Source: Eledone cirrhosa | Lineage: Eukaryota | NCBI GenBank assembly: GCA_964016885.1 | Contig: OZ024743.1 | Span: 218,736,001 to 218,800,000, forward strand | DNA length: 64,000 nucleotides | Direction: 5' to 3' | In this document: positions 37,001 to 48,200 of the stretch, one piece after another | How positions within the stretch are numbered: the stretch's first letter is position 1 | Layout: each line of letters opens with the position of its first letter | The notes under the pieces: model-generated | Seen by the model: the letters and a program-made list of their open reading frames with translations, nothing else | Database searches by the model: none | What the model was told of the DNA's origin: nothing | Translations under genes and position numbers: made by a program

Positions 37001-40000
37001 GTGAGGTAAGGTGTGTGTGAAAGTGAGGTGAGGTGTGTGTGGAAGTGAGGTGAGGTGTGTGTGTAAGAGAGGTGAGGCGTGTGTGAAAGTGAGGTAAGGT
37101 GTGTATGAAAGAGAGGTGAGGTGCGTGAAAGTGAGGTGAGGTGTGAAAGTGAGGTGAGGTGTGAGGGTGAGGTAAGGTGTGTGTGAAAGTGAGGTAATGT
37201 GTGTGTGAAAGTGAGGTGAGGTGCGTGTGAAAATGATGTGAGGTATGTGTGAAAGTGTGGTAAGGTGTGTGTGAAAGTGAGGTGAGGTGTGTGTGAAAGT
37301 GAGGTGAGGTGTGTGTGTGAAAGAGAGGTCAGGTGTGTGTGAAAGAGAGGTCAGGTGTGTGTGAAAGAGAGGTGATGTTTGGGTGAAAGTGAGGAGAGGT
37401 GTGTGTGAAAGTGAGGTGAGGTGTGTGCGAAAGTGAGGTGAGGTGTGTGTGAAAGACAGGTCAGGTGTGTGTGAAACAGAGGTAAGGTGTGTGTGAAAGT
37501 GAGGTAAGGTGTGTGTCAAAGTGAGGTGAGGTGTGTGTGAAAGTGAGGTGAGGTGTGTGTGAAAGTGAGGTAAGGTGTGTGTGAGAGTCAGGTGAGGTAT
37601 GTGTGAGAGTGAGGTGAGGTGTGTCTGAAAGTGATGTAAGGTGTGTGTGAAAGTGAGGGGAGGTGTGTGTGGAAGTGAGGTGAGGTGTGTGTGAAAGTGA
37701 GGTAAGGTGTGTGTAAAAGTGAGGAAAGGTGTGTGTGAAAGTGAGCAAAGGTGTGTGTGAAATTGAGGTGAGGCGTGTGTGAAAGTGAGGTAAGGTGTGT
37801 GTGAAAGTGGGGTGAGGTGTGTGTGAAAGTGAGGTAAGGTGTGTGTGAAAGTGAGGTAAGGTGTGTGTGAAAGTGAGGTGAAATGTGTGTAAAAGTGAGG
37901 TGAGGTGTGTGTGAAAGTGAGGTAGGTGTGAGTGAAAGAGAGGTGAGGTGTGTGTGAAAGAGAGGTGAGGTGTGTGTGAAAGTAAGGTAAGGTGTGGGTG
38001 AAAGTGAGGTGAGGTGTGTGTAAAAGTAAGGTGAGGTGTGTGTGAAACAGAGGTGAGGTGTGTGTGAAAGTAAGGTGAGGTGTGTGTGAAAGTGAGGTGA
38101 GGTGTGTGTGAAAGTGAGGTGAGGTGTGTGTGAAAGTGAGGTGAGGTGTGTGTGAAAGTTAGGTGAGGTGTGTGTTAAAGTGAGGTGAGGTGTGTGTGAA
38201 AGTAAGGTAAGGTGTGTGTGTAAGAGAGGTAAGGTGTGTGTGAAAGTGGGGTGAGGTTGGTGTGAAAGAGAGGTGAGGTGTGTGTAAAAGTGAGGTGAGG
38301 TGTGTGTGAAAATGATGTGGGGTGTGTGTGAAAGTGTGGTAAGGTGTGTGTGAAAGTGAGGTGAGGTGTGTGTGAAAGTAAGATCAGGCGTGAGTGAAAC
38401 AGAGGTCAGGTGTGTGTGAAAGAGAGGTCAGGTGTGTGTGAATGTGAGGTAAGGTGTGTGTGAAAGAGAGGTGAGGTGTGTGTGAAAGAGAGGTCAGGTT
38501 TGTGTGAAAGAGAGGTCAGGTGCGTGTGAAAGAGAGGTGATGTTTGGGTGAAAGTGAGGTAAGGTGTGTGTGTAAGAGAGGTGAGGTGTGTGTGAAAGAG
38601 AGGTGAGGTGTGTGTGAAAGTGAGGTGAGGTGTGTGTGAAAGTGAGGGGAGGTGTGTGTGAAAGTGAGGTGAGGTGTGTGTGAAAGTGAGGTAAGGTGTG
38701 TGAAAGTGAGGTGAGGTGTGTGTGAAAGTGAGGTAAGGTGTGTGTGTAAGTTAGGTGAGGTGTGTGTTAAAGTGAGGTGAGGTGTGTGTGAAAGTAAGGT
38801 AAGGTGTGTGTGTAAGAGAGGTAAGGTGTGTGTGAAAGTGGGGTGAGGTTGGTGTGAAAGAGAGGTGAGGTGTGTGTGAAAGTGAGGTGAGGTGTGTGTG
38901 AAAATGATGTGGGGTGTGTGTGAAAGTGTGGTAACATGTGTGTGAAAGTGAGGTGAGGTGTGTGTGAAAGTAAGATCAGGCGTGAGTGAAACAGAGGTCA
39001 GGTGTGTGTGAAAGAGAGGTCAGGTGTGTGTGAATGTGAGGTAAGGTGTGTGTGAAAGAGAGGTGAGGTGTGTGTGAAAGAGAGGTCAGGTTTGTGTGAA
39101 AGAGAGGTCAGGTGCGTGTGAAAGAGAGGTGATGTTTGGGTGAAAGTGAGGTAAGGTGTGTGTGTAAGAGAGGTGAGGTGTGTGTGAAAGAGAGGTGAGG
39201 TGTGTGTGAAAGTGAGGTGAGGTCTGTGTGAAAGTGAGGGGAGGTGTGTGTGAAAGTGAGGTGAGGTGTGTGTGAAAGTGAGGTAAGGTGTGTGAAAGTG
39301 AGGTGAGGTGTGTGTGAAAGTGAGGTAAGGTGTGTGTGTAAGAGAGGTGAGGTGTGTGTGAAAGTTAGGTAAGGTCTGTGTGAAAGTGAGGTGAGGTGTG
39401 TGTGAAAGTGAGGTAAGGTGTGTGTGAAAATGAGGTGAGGTGTGTGTGAGAGTGAGGAAAGGTGTGTGTGAAAGTGAGGTGAGGTGTGTGTGAAAGAGAG
39501 GTAAGGTGTGTGTGAAAGTGAGGTGAGGTGTGTGTGAAAGTGAGGCAAGGTGTGTCTGAGAGTGAGGTGAGGTGTGTGTGAAAGTGAGGTAAGGTGTGTG
39601 TGAAAGTGAGGTGAGGTGTGTGTGAAAGTGAGGTGAGGTGTGTGTGAAAGTGAGGAAAGGTGTGTGTGAAAGTGAGGTGAGGTGTGTGTGGAAGTGAGGT
39701 GAGGTGTGTGTGTAAGAGAGGTGAGGCGTGTGTGAAAGTGAGGTAAGGTGTGTATGAAAGAGAGGTGAGGTGCGTGAAAGTGAGGTGAGGTGTGACAGTG
39801 AGGTGAGGTGTGAGGGTGAGGTAAGGTGTGTGTGAAAGTGAGGTAATGTGTGTGTGAAAGTGAGGTGAGGTGCGTGTGAAAATGATGTGAGGTATGTGTG
39901 AAAGTGTGGTAAGGTGTGTGTGAAAGTGAGGTGAGGTGTGTGTGAAAGTGAGGTGAGGTGTGTGTGTGAAAGAGAGGTCAGGTGTGTGTGAAAGAGAGGT

Positions 40001-43000
40001 CAGGTGTGTGTGAAAGAGAGGTGATGTTTGGGTGAAAGTGAGGAGAGGTGTGTGTGAAAGTGAGGTGAGGTGTGTGCGAAAGTGAGGTGAGGTGTGTGTG
40101 AAAGACAGGTCAGGTGTGTGTGAAACAGAGGTAAGGTGTGTGTGAAAGTGAGGTAAGGTGTGTGTCAAAGTGAGGTGAGGTGTGTGTGAAAGTGAGGTGA
40201 GGTGTGTGTGAAAGTGAGGTAAGGTGTGTGTGAGAGTGAGGTGAGGTATGTGTGAGAGTGAGGTGAGGTGTGTGTGAAAGTGATGTAAGGTGTGTGTGAA
40301 AGTGAGGGGAGGTGTGTGTGAAAGTGAGGTGAGGTGTGTGTGGAAGTGAGGTGAGGTGTGTGTGAAAGTGAGGTAAGGTGTGTGTAAAAGTGAGGAAAGG
40401 TGTGTGTGAAAGTGAGCAAAGGTGTGTGTGAAATTGAGGTGAGGCGTGTGTGAAAGTGAGGTAAGGTGTGTGTGAAAGTGAGGTAAGGTGTGTGTGAAAG
40501 TGAGGTGAAATGTGTGTAAAAGTGAGGTGAAATGTGTGTAAAAGTGAGGAAAGGTGTGTGTGAAAGTGAGCAAAGGTGTGTGTGAAATTGAGGTGAGGCG
40601 TGTGTGAAAGTGAGGTAAGGTGTGTGTGAAAGAGAGGTCAGGTGTGTGTGAAAGTGAGGTGAGGTGTGTGTAAAAGTGAGGTGAGGTGTGTGTGAAAGTG
40701 AGGTAGGTGTGAGTGAAAGAGAGGTGAGGTGTGTGTGAAAGAGAGGTGAGGTGTGTGTGAAAGTAAGGTAAGGTGTGGGTGAAAGTGAGGTGAGGTGTGT
40801 GTAAAAGTGAGGTAAGGTGTGTGTGAAAGTGAGGTGTGTGTGTAAGTGAGGTGAGGTGTGTGTGAAACAGAGGTGAGGTGTGTGTGAAAGTAAGGTGAGG
40901 TGTGTGTGAAAGTGAGGTGAGGTGTGTGTGAAAGTGAGGTGAGGTGTGTGTGAAAGTGAGGTGAGATGTGTGTGAAAGTGAGGTGAGGTGTGTGTTAAAG
41001 TGAGGTGAGGTGTGTGTGAAAGTAAGGTAAGGTGTGTGTGTAAGAGAGGTAAGGTGTGTGTGAAAGTGGGGTGAGGTGTGTGTGAAAGAGAGGTGAGGTG
41101 TGTGTGAAAGTGAGGTGAGGTGTGTGTGAAAATGATGTGGGGTGTGTGTGAAAGTGTGGTAAGGTGTGTGTGAAAGTGAGGTGAGGTGTGTGTGAAAGTA
41201 AGGTAAGGTGTGGGTGAAAGTGAGGTGAGGTGTGTATGAAAGAGAGGTGAGGTGCGTGAAATTGAGGTGAGGTGTGAAAGTGAGGTGAGGTGTGAGGGTG
41301 AGGTAAGGTGTGTGTGAAAGTGAGGTGAGGTGCGTGTGAAAATGATGTGAGGTATGTGTGAAAGTGTGGTAAGGTGTGTGTGAAAGTGAGGTGAGGTGTG
41401 TGTGAAAGTGAGGTGAGGTGTGTGTGTGAAAGAGAGGTCAGGTGTGTGTGAAAAAGAGGTCAGGTGTGTGTGAAAGAGAGGTGATGTTTGGGTGAAAGTG
41501 AAGTGAGGTGTGTGTGAAAGACAGGTCAGGTGTGTGTGAAACAGAGGTGAGGTGTGTGTGAAAGTGAGGTAAGGTGTGTGTGAAAGAGAGGTGAGGTGTG
41601 TGAAAGTGAGGTGAAGTGTGTGTGAAAGAGAGGTGAGGTGTGTGTGAAAGTGAGGTGAGGTGTGTGTGAAAGAGAGGTCAGGTCTGTGTGAAAGAGAGGT
41701 GAGGTGTGTGTGAAAGTGAGGTGAGGTGTGTGTGTGAAAGAGAGGTCAGGTGTGTGTGAAAAAGAGGTCAGGTGTGTGTGAAAGAGAGGTGATGTTTGGG
41801 TGAAAGTGAGGTAAGGTGTGTGTGAAAGTGAGGTGAGGTGTGTGTAAAAGTGAGGAAAGGTGTGTGTGAAAGTGAGCAAGGTGTGTGTGAAAGTGAGGTA
41901 AGGTGTGTGTGAAAGTGAGGTAAGGTGTGTGTGAAAGTGAGGTGAGGTGTGTGTGAAAGTGAGGTGAGGTGTGTGTGAAAGAGAGGTGAGGTGTGTGTGA
42001 AAGTAAGGTAAGGTGTGGGTGAAAGTGAGGTGAGGTGTGTGTAAAAGTGAGGTATGGTGTGTGTGAAAGTGAGGTGAGGTGTGTGTGTAAGTGAGGTGAG
42101 GTGTGTGTGAAACAGAGGTGAGGTGTGTGTGAAAGTAAGGTGAGGTGTGTGTGAAAGTGAGGTGAGGTGTGTGTGAAAGTGAGGTGAGGTGTGTGTGAAA
42201 GTGAGGTGAGGTGTGTGTGAAAGTGAGGTGAGGTGTGTGTTAAAGTGAGGTAAGGTGTGTGTGAAAGTAAGGTAAGGTGTGTGTGTAAGAGAGGTAAGGT
42301 GTGTGTGAAAGTGGGGTGAGGTGTGTGTGAAAGTGAGATCAGGCGTGAGTGAAACAGAGATCAGGTGTGTGTGAAAGAGAGGTCAGGTGTGTGTGAATGT
42401 GAGGTGAGGTGTGTGTGAAAGAGAGGTGAGGTGTGTGTGAAAGAGAGGTGAGGTGTGTGTGAAAGTGAGGTGAGGTGTGTGTAAAAATGATGTGGGGTGT
42501 GTGTGAAAGTGTGGTAAGGTGTGTGTGAAAGTGAGGTGAGGTGTGTGTGAAAGTGAGATCAGGCGTGAGTGAAACAGAGATCAGGTGTGTGTGAAAGAGA
42601 GGTCAGGTGTGTGTGAAAGTGAGGTGAGGTGTGTGTGAAAGAGAGGTGAGGTGTGTGTGAAAGAGAGGTCAGGTGTGTGTGAAAGAGAGGTCAGGTGCGT
42701 GTGAAAGAGAGGTGATGTTTGGGTGAAAGTGAGGTTAGGCGTGTGTGTAAGAGAGGTGAGGTGTGTGTGAAAGTGAGGGGAGGTGTGTGTGAAAGTGAGG
42801 TGAGGTGTGTGTGAAAGTGAGGTAAGGTGTGTGAAAGTGAGGTGAGGTGTGTGTGAAAGTGAGGTAAGGTGTGTGTGTAAGAGAGGTGAGGTGTGTGTGA
42901 AAGTGAGGTAAGGTGTGTGTGTAAGAGAGGTGAGGTGTGTGTGAAAGTGAGGTAAGGTCTGTGTGAAAGTGAGGTGAGGTGTGTGTGAAAGTGAGGTAAG

Positions 43001-45220
43001 GTGTGTGTGAAAGTGAGGTGAGGTGTGTGTGAGAGTGAGGAAAGGTGTGTGTGAAAGTGAGGTGAGGTGTGTGTGAAAGTGAGGCAAGGTGTGTCTGAGA
43101 GTGAGGTGAGGTGTGTGTGAAAGTGAGGTAAGGTGTGTGTGAAAGTGAGGTGAGGTGTGTGTGAAAGTGAGGTGAGGTGTGTGTGAAAGTGAGGAAAGGT
43201 GTGTCGGAGAGTGAGGTGAGGTGTGTGTGAAAGTGAGGTAAGGTGTGTGTGAAAGTGAGGTGAGGTGTGTGTGGAAGTGAGGTGAGGTGTGTGTGTAAGA
43301 GAGGTGAGGCGTGTGTGAAAGTGATGTAAGGTGTGTGTGAAAGTGAGGTGAGGTGTGTATGAAAGAGAGGTGAGGTGTGTGAAGTGAGGTGAGGTGTGAA
43401 AGTGAGGTGAGGTGTGTGGGTGAGCTAAGGTGTGTGTGAAAGTGAGGTAATGTGTGTGTGAAAGTGAGGTGAGGTGCGTGTGAAAATGATGTGAGGTACG
43501 TGTGAAAGTGTGGTAAGGTGTGTGTGAAAGAGAGGTCAGGTGTGTGTGAAAGTGAGGTGAGGTGTGTGTGAAAGTGAGGTGAGGTGTGTGTGTGAAAGAG
43601 AGGTCAGGTGTGTGTGAAAGAGAGGTCAGGTGTGTGTGAAAGAGAGGTGATGTTTGGGTGAAAGTGAGGAGGGGTGTGTGTGAAAGTGAGGTGAGGTGTG
43701 TGCGAAAGTGAGGTGAGGTGTGTGTGAAAGACAGGTCAGGTGTGTGTGAAAAAGAGGTAAGGTGTGTGTGAAAGTGAGGTAAGGTGTGTGTCAAAGTGAG
43801 GTGGTGTGTGTGTGAAAGTGAGGTGAGGTGTGTGTGAAAGGGAGGTAAGGTGTGTGTGAAAGTAAGGTAAGGTGTGTGTGTAAGAGAGGTAAGGTGTGTG
43901 TGAAAGTGGGGTGAGGTGTGTGTGAAAGAGAGGTGAGGTGTGTGTGAAAGTAAGGTAAGGTGTGGGTGAAAGTGAGGTGAGGTGTGTATGAAAGAGAGGT
44001 GAGGTGCGTGAAATTGAGGTGAGGTGTGAAAGTGAGGTGAGGTGTGAGGGTGAGGTAAGGTGTGTGTGAAAGTGAGGTAATGTGTGTGTGAAAGTGAGGT
44101 GAGGTGCGTGTGAAAATGATGTGAGGTATGTGTGAAAGTGTGGTAAGGTGTGTGTGAAAGTGAGGTGAGGTGTGTGTGAAAGTGAGGTGAGGTGTGTGTG
44201 TGAAAGAGAGGTCAGGTGTGTGTGAAAAAGAGGTCAGGTGTGTGTGAAAGAGAGGTGATGATTGGGTGAAAGTGAGGTGAGGTGTGTGTGAAAGACAGGT
44301 CAGGTGTGTGTGAAACAGAGGTAAGGTGTGTGTGAAAGTGAGGTAAGGTGTGTGTCAAAGTGAGGTCAAGTGTGTGTGAAAGAGAGGTCAGGTGTGTGTG
44401 AAAGTGAGGTGAGGTGTGTGTGAAAGTGAGGTATGTGTGAAAGTGAGGTGAGGTGTGTGTGAAAGTGAGGTGAGGTGTGTGTGAAAGTGAGGTGGTGTGT
44501 GTGTGAAAGTGAGGTGAGGTGTGTGTGAAAGGGAGGTAAGGTGTGTGTGAAAATGATGTGAGATGTGTGTGAAAGGGAGGTAAGGTGTGTGTGTGAAAGT
44601 GAGGTAAGGTGTGTGTGTAAGAGAGGTGAGGTGCGTGTGAAAGTGAGGTAAGGTGTGTGTGAAAGTGAGGTGAGGTGTGTGTAAAAGTGAGGAAAGGTGT
44701 GTGTGAAAGTGAGCAAGGTGTGTGTGAAAGTGAGGTAAGGTGTGTGTGAAAGTGAGGTAAGGTGTGTGTGAAAGTGAGGTGAGGTGTGTGTGAAAGAGAG
44801 GTGAGGTGTGTGTGAAAGTAAGGTAAGGTGTGGGTGAAAGTGAGGTGAGGTGTGTGTAAAAGTGAGGTAAGGTGTGTGTGAAAGTGAGGTGAGGTGTGTG
44901 TGTAAGTGAGGTGAGGTGTGTGTGAAACAGAGGTGAGGTGTGTGTGAAAGTAAGGTGAGGTGTGTGTGAATGTGAGGTGAGGTGTGTGTGAAAGTGAGGT
45001 GAGGTGTGTGTGAAAGTGAGGTGAGGTGTGTGTGAAAGTGAGGTGAGGTGTGTGTTAAAGTGAGGTGAGGTGTGTGTGAATGTAAGGTAAGGTGTGTGTG
45101 TAAGAGAGGTAAGGTGTGTGTGAAAGTGGGGTGAGGTGTGTGTGAAAGTGAGATCAGGCGTGAGTGAAACAGAGATCAGGTGTGTGTGAAAGAGAGGTCA
45201 GGTGTGTGTGAAAGTGAGGT
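23030..45220 (+). repeat. Copy A (~22.2 kb) of a very large tandem duplication inside the array
   Basis: Collinear rare markers and identical ORF-track entries are shared with 45.2-63.5 kb at offsets 21,981 (24313/46294), 22,395 (29288/51683, 31119/53514), 17,714 (41526/59240) and 18,318 (44366/62684). Confidence 0.85.
36580..38700 (+). repeat. Non-adjacent copy of the ~26.1-28.2 kb HOR unit (offset 10,471)
   Basis: Private variants TAAAGTCTG (26201/36672) and TGAGAGTCAGG (27111/37582) are shared. ORF-track entries 26990..27277 and 37461..37748 are identical. Confidence 0.8.
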
Positions 45221-48200
45221 AAGGTGTGTGTGAAAGTGAGGTAAGGTGTGTGTGAAAGTGAGGTGAAATGTGTGTAAAAGTGAGGTGAGGTGTGTGTGAA
45301 AGTGAGGTAGGTGTGAGTGAAAGAGAGGTGAGGTGTGTGTGAAAGAGAGGTGAGGTGTGTGTGAAAGTAAGGTAAGGTGTGGGTGAAAGTGAGGTGAGGT
45401 GTGTGTAAAAGTGAGGTAAGGTGTGTGTGAAAGTGAGGTGAGGTGTGTGTGTAAGTGAGGTGAGGTGTGTGTGAAACAGAGGTGAGGTGTGTGTGAAAGT
45501 AAGGTGAGGTGTGTGTGAAAGTGAGGTGAGGTGTGTGTGAAAGTGAGGTGAGGTGTGTGTGAAAGTGAGGTGAGGTGTGTGTGAAAGTTAGGTGAGGTGT
45601 GTGTTAAAGTGAGGTGAGGTGTGTGTGAGAGTAAGGTAAGGTGTGTGTGTAAGAGAGGTAAGGTGTGTGTGAAAGTGGGGTGAGGTTGGTGTGAAAGAGA
45701 GGTGAGGTGTGTGTGAAAGTGAGGTGAGGTGTGTGTGAAAATGATGTGGGGTGTGTGTGAAAGTGTGGTAAGGTGTGTGTGAAAGTGAGGTGAGGTGTGT
45801 CTGAGAGTGAGGTGAGGTGAGGTGTGTGTGAAAGTGAGGTAAGGTGTGTGTGAAAGTGAGGTGAGGTGTGTGTGGAAGTGAGGTGAGGTGTGTGTGTAAG
45901 AGAGGTGAGGCGTGTGTGAAAGTGAGGTAAGGTGTGTATGAAAGAGAGGTGAGGTGCGTGAAAGTGAGGTGAGGTGTGAAAGTGAGGTGAGGTGTGAGGG
46001 TGAGGTAAGGTGTGTGTGAAAGTGAGGTAATGTGTGTGTGAAAGTGAGGTGAGGTGCGTGTGAAAATGATGTGAGGTATGTGTGAAAGTGTGGTAAGGTG
46101 TGTGTGAAAGTGAGGTGAGGTGTGTGTGAAAGTGAGGTGAGGTGTGTGTGTGAAAGAGAGGTCAGGTGTGTGTGAAAGAGAGGTCAGGTGTGTGTGAAAG
46201 AGAGGTGATGTTTGGGTGAAAGTGAGGAGAGGTGTGTGTGAAAGTGAGGTGAGGTGTGTGCGAAAGTGAGGTGAGGTGTGTGTGAAAGACAGGTCAGGTG
46301 TGTGTGAAACAGAGGTAAGGTGTGTGTGAAAGTGAGGTAAGGTGTGTGTCAAAGTGAGGTAAGGTGTGTGTGAAAGTGAGGTGAGGTGTGTGTGAAAGTG
46401 AGGTAAGGTGTGTGTGAGAGTGAGGTGAGGTATGTGTGAGAGTGAGGTGAGGTGTGTCTGAAAGTGATGTAAGGTGTGTGTGAAAGTGAGGTGAGGTGTG
46501 TGTGGAAGTGAGGTGAGGTGTGTGTGAAAGTGAGGTAAGGTGTGTGTAAAAGTGAGGAAAGGTGTGTGTGAAAGTGAGCAAAAATGTGTGTGAAATTGAG
46601 GTGAGGCGTGTGTGAAAGTGAGGTAAGGTGTGTGTGAAAGTGAGGTAAGGTGTGTGTGAAAGTGAGGTGAAATGTGTGTAAAAGTGAGGTGAGGTGTGTG
46701 TGAAAGTGAGGTAGGTGTGAGTGAAAGAGAGGTGAGGTGTGTGTGAAAGACAGGTCAGGTGTGTGTGAAACAGAGGTAAGGTGTGTGTGAAAGTGAGGTA
46801 AGGTGTGTGTCAAAGTGAGGTGAGGTGTGTGTGAAAGTGAGGTGAGGTATGTGTGAGAGTGAGGTGAGGTGTGTCTGAAAGTGATGTAAGATGTGTGTGA
46901 AAGAGAGGTAAGGTGTGTGTGAAAGTAAGGTGAGTTGTGTGTGAAAGTGAGGTGAGGTGTGTGTGAAAGTGAGGTGAGGTGTGTGTGAAAGTGAGGTAAG
47001 GTGTGTGTGAGAGTGAGGTGAGGTATGTGTGAGAGTGAGGTGAGGTGTGTGTGAAAGTGATGTAAGGTGTGTGTAAAAGTGAGGGGAGGTGTGTGTGAAA
47101 GTGAGGTAAGGTGTGTGTAAAAGTGAGGAAAGGTGTGTGTGAAAGTGAGCAAAGGTGTGTGTGAAATTGAGGTGAGGCGTGTGTGAAAGTGAGGTAAGGT
47201 GGGTGTGAAAGTGAGGTAAGGTGTGTGTGAAAGTGAGGTGAAATGTGTGTAAAAGTGAGGTGAGGTGTGTGTGAAAGTGAGGTAGGTGTGAGTGAAAGAG
47301 AGGTGAGGTGTGTGTGAAAGAGAGGTGAGGTGTGTGTGAAAGTAAGGTAAGGTGTGGGTGAAAGTGAGGTGAGGTGTGTGTAAAAGTGAGGTAAGGTGTG
47401 TGTGAAAGTGAGGTGAGGTGTGTGTGTAAGTGAGGAGAGGTGTGTGTGAAACAGAGGTGAGGTGTGTGTGAAAGTAAGGTGAGGTGTGTGTGAAAGTGAG
47501 GTGAGGTGTGTGTGAAAGTGAGGTGAGGTGTGTGTGAAAGTGAGGTGAGGTGTGTGTGAAAGTTAGGTGAGGTGTGTGTTAAAGTGAGGTGAGGTGTGTG
47601 TGAAAATGATGTGGGGTGTGTGTGAAAGTGTGGTAAGGTGTGTGTGAAAGTGAGGTGAGGTGTGTGTGAAAGTGGGGTGAGGTTGGTGTGAAAGAGAGGT
47701 GAGGTGTGTGTGAAAGTGAGGTGAGGTGTGTGTGAAAATGATGTGGGGTGTGTGTGAAAGTGTGGTAAGGTGTGTGTGAAAGTGAGGTGAGGTGTGTGTG
47801 AAAGTAAGATCAGGCGTGAGTGAAACAGAGGTCAGGTGTGTGTGAAAGAGAGGTCAGGTGTGTGTGAATGTGAGGTAAGGTGTGTGTGAAAGAGAGGTGA
47901 GGTGTGTGTGAAAGAGAGGTCAGGTTTGTGTGAAAGAGAGGTCAGGTGCGTGTGAAAGAGAGGTGATGTTTGGGTGAAAGTGAGGTAAGGTGTGTGTGTA
48001 AGAGAGGTGAGGTGTGTGTGAAAGAGAGGTGAGGTGTGTGTGAAAGTGAGGTGAGGTGTGTGTGAAAGTGAGGGGAGGTGTGTGTGAAAGTGAGGTGAGG
48101 TGTGTGTGAAAGTGAGGTAAGGTGTGTGAAAGTGAGGTGAGGTGTGTGTGAAAGTGAGGTAAGGTGTGTGTGTAAGAGAGGTGAGGTGTGTGTGAAAGTT

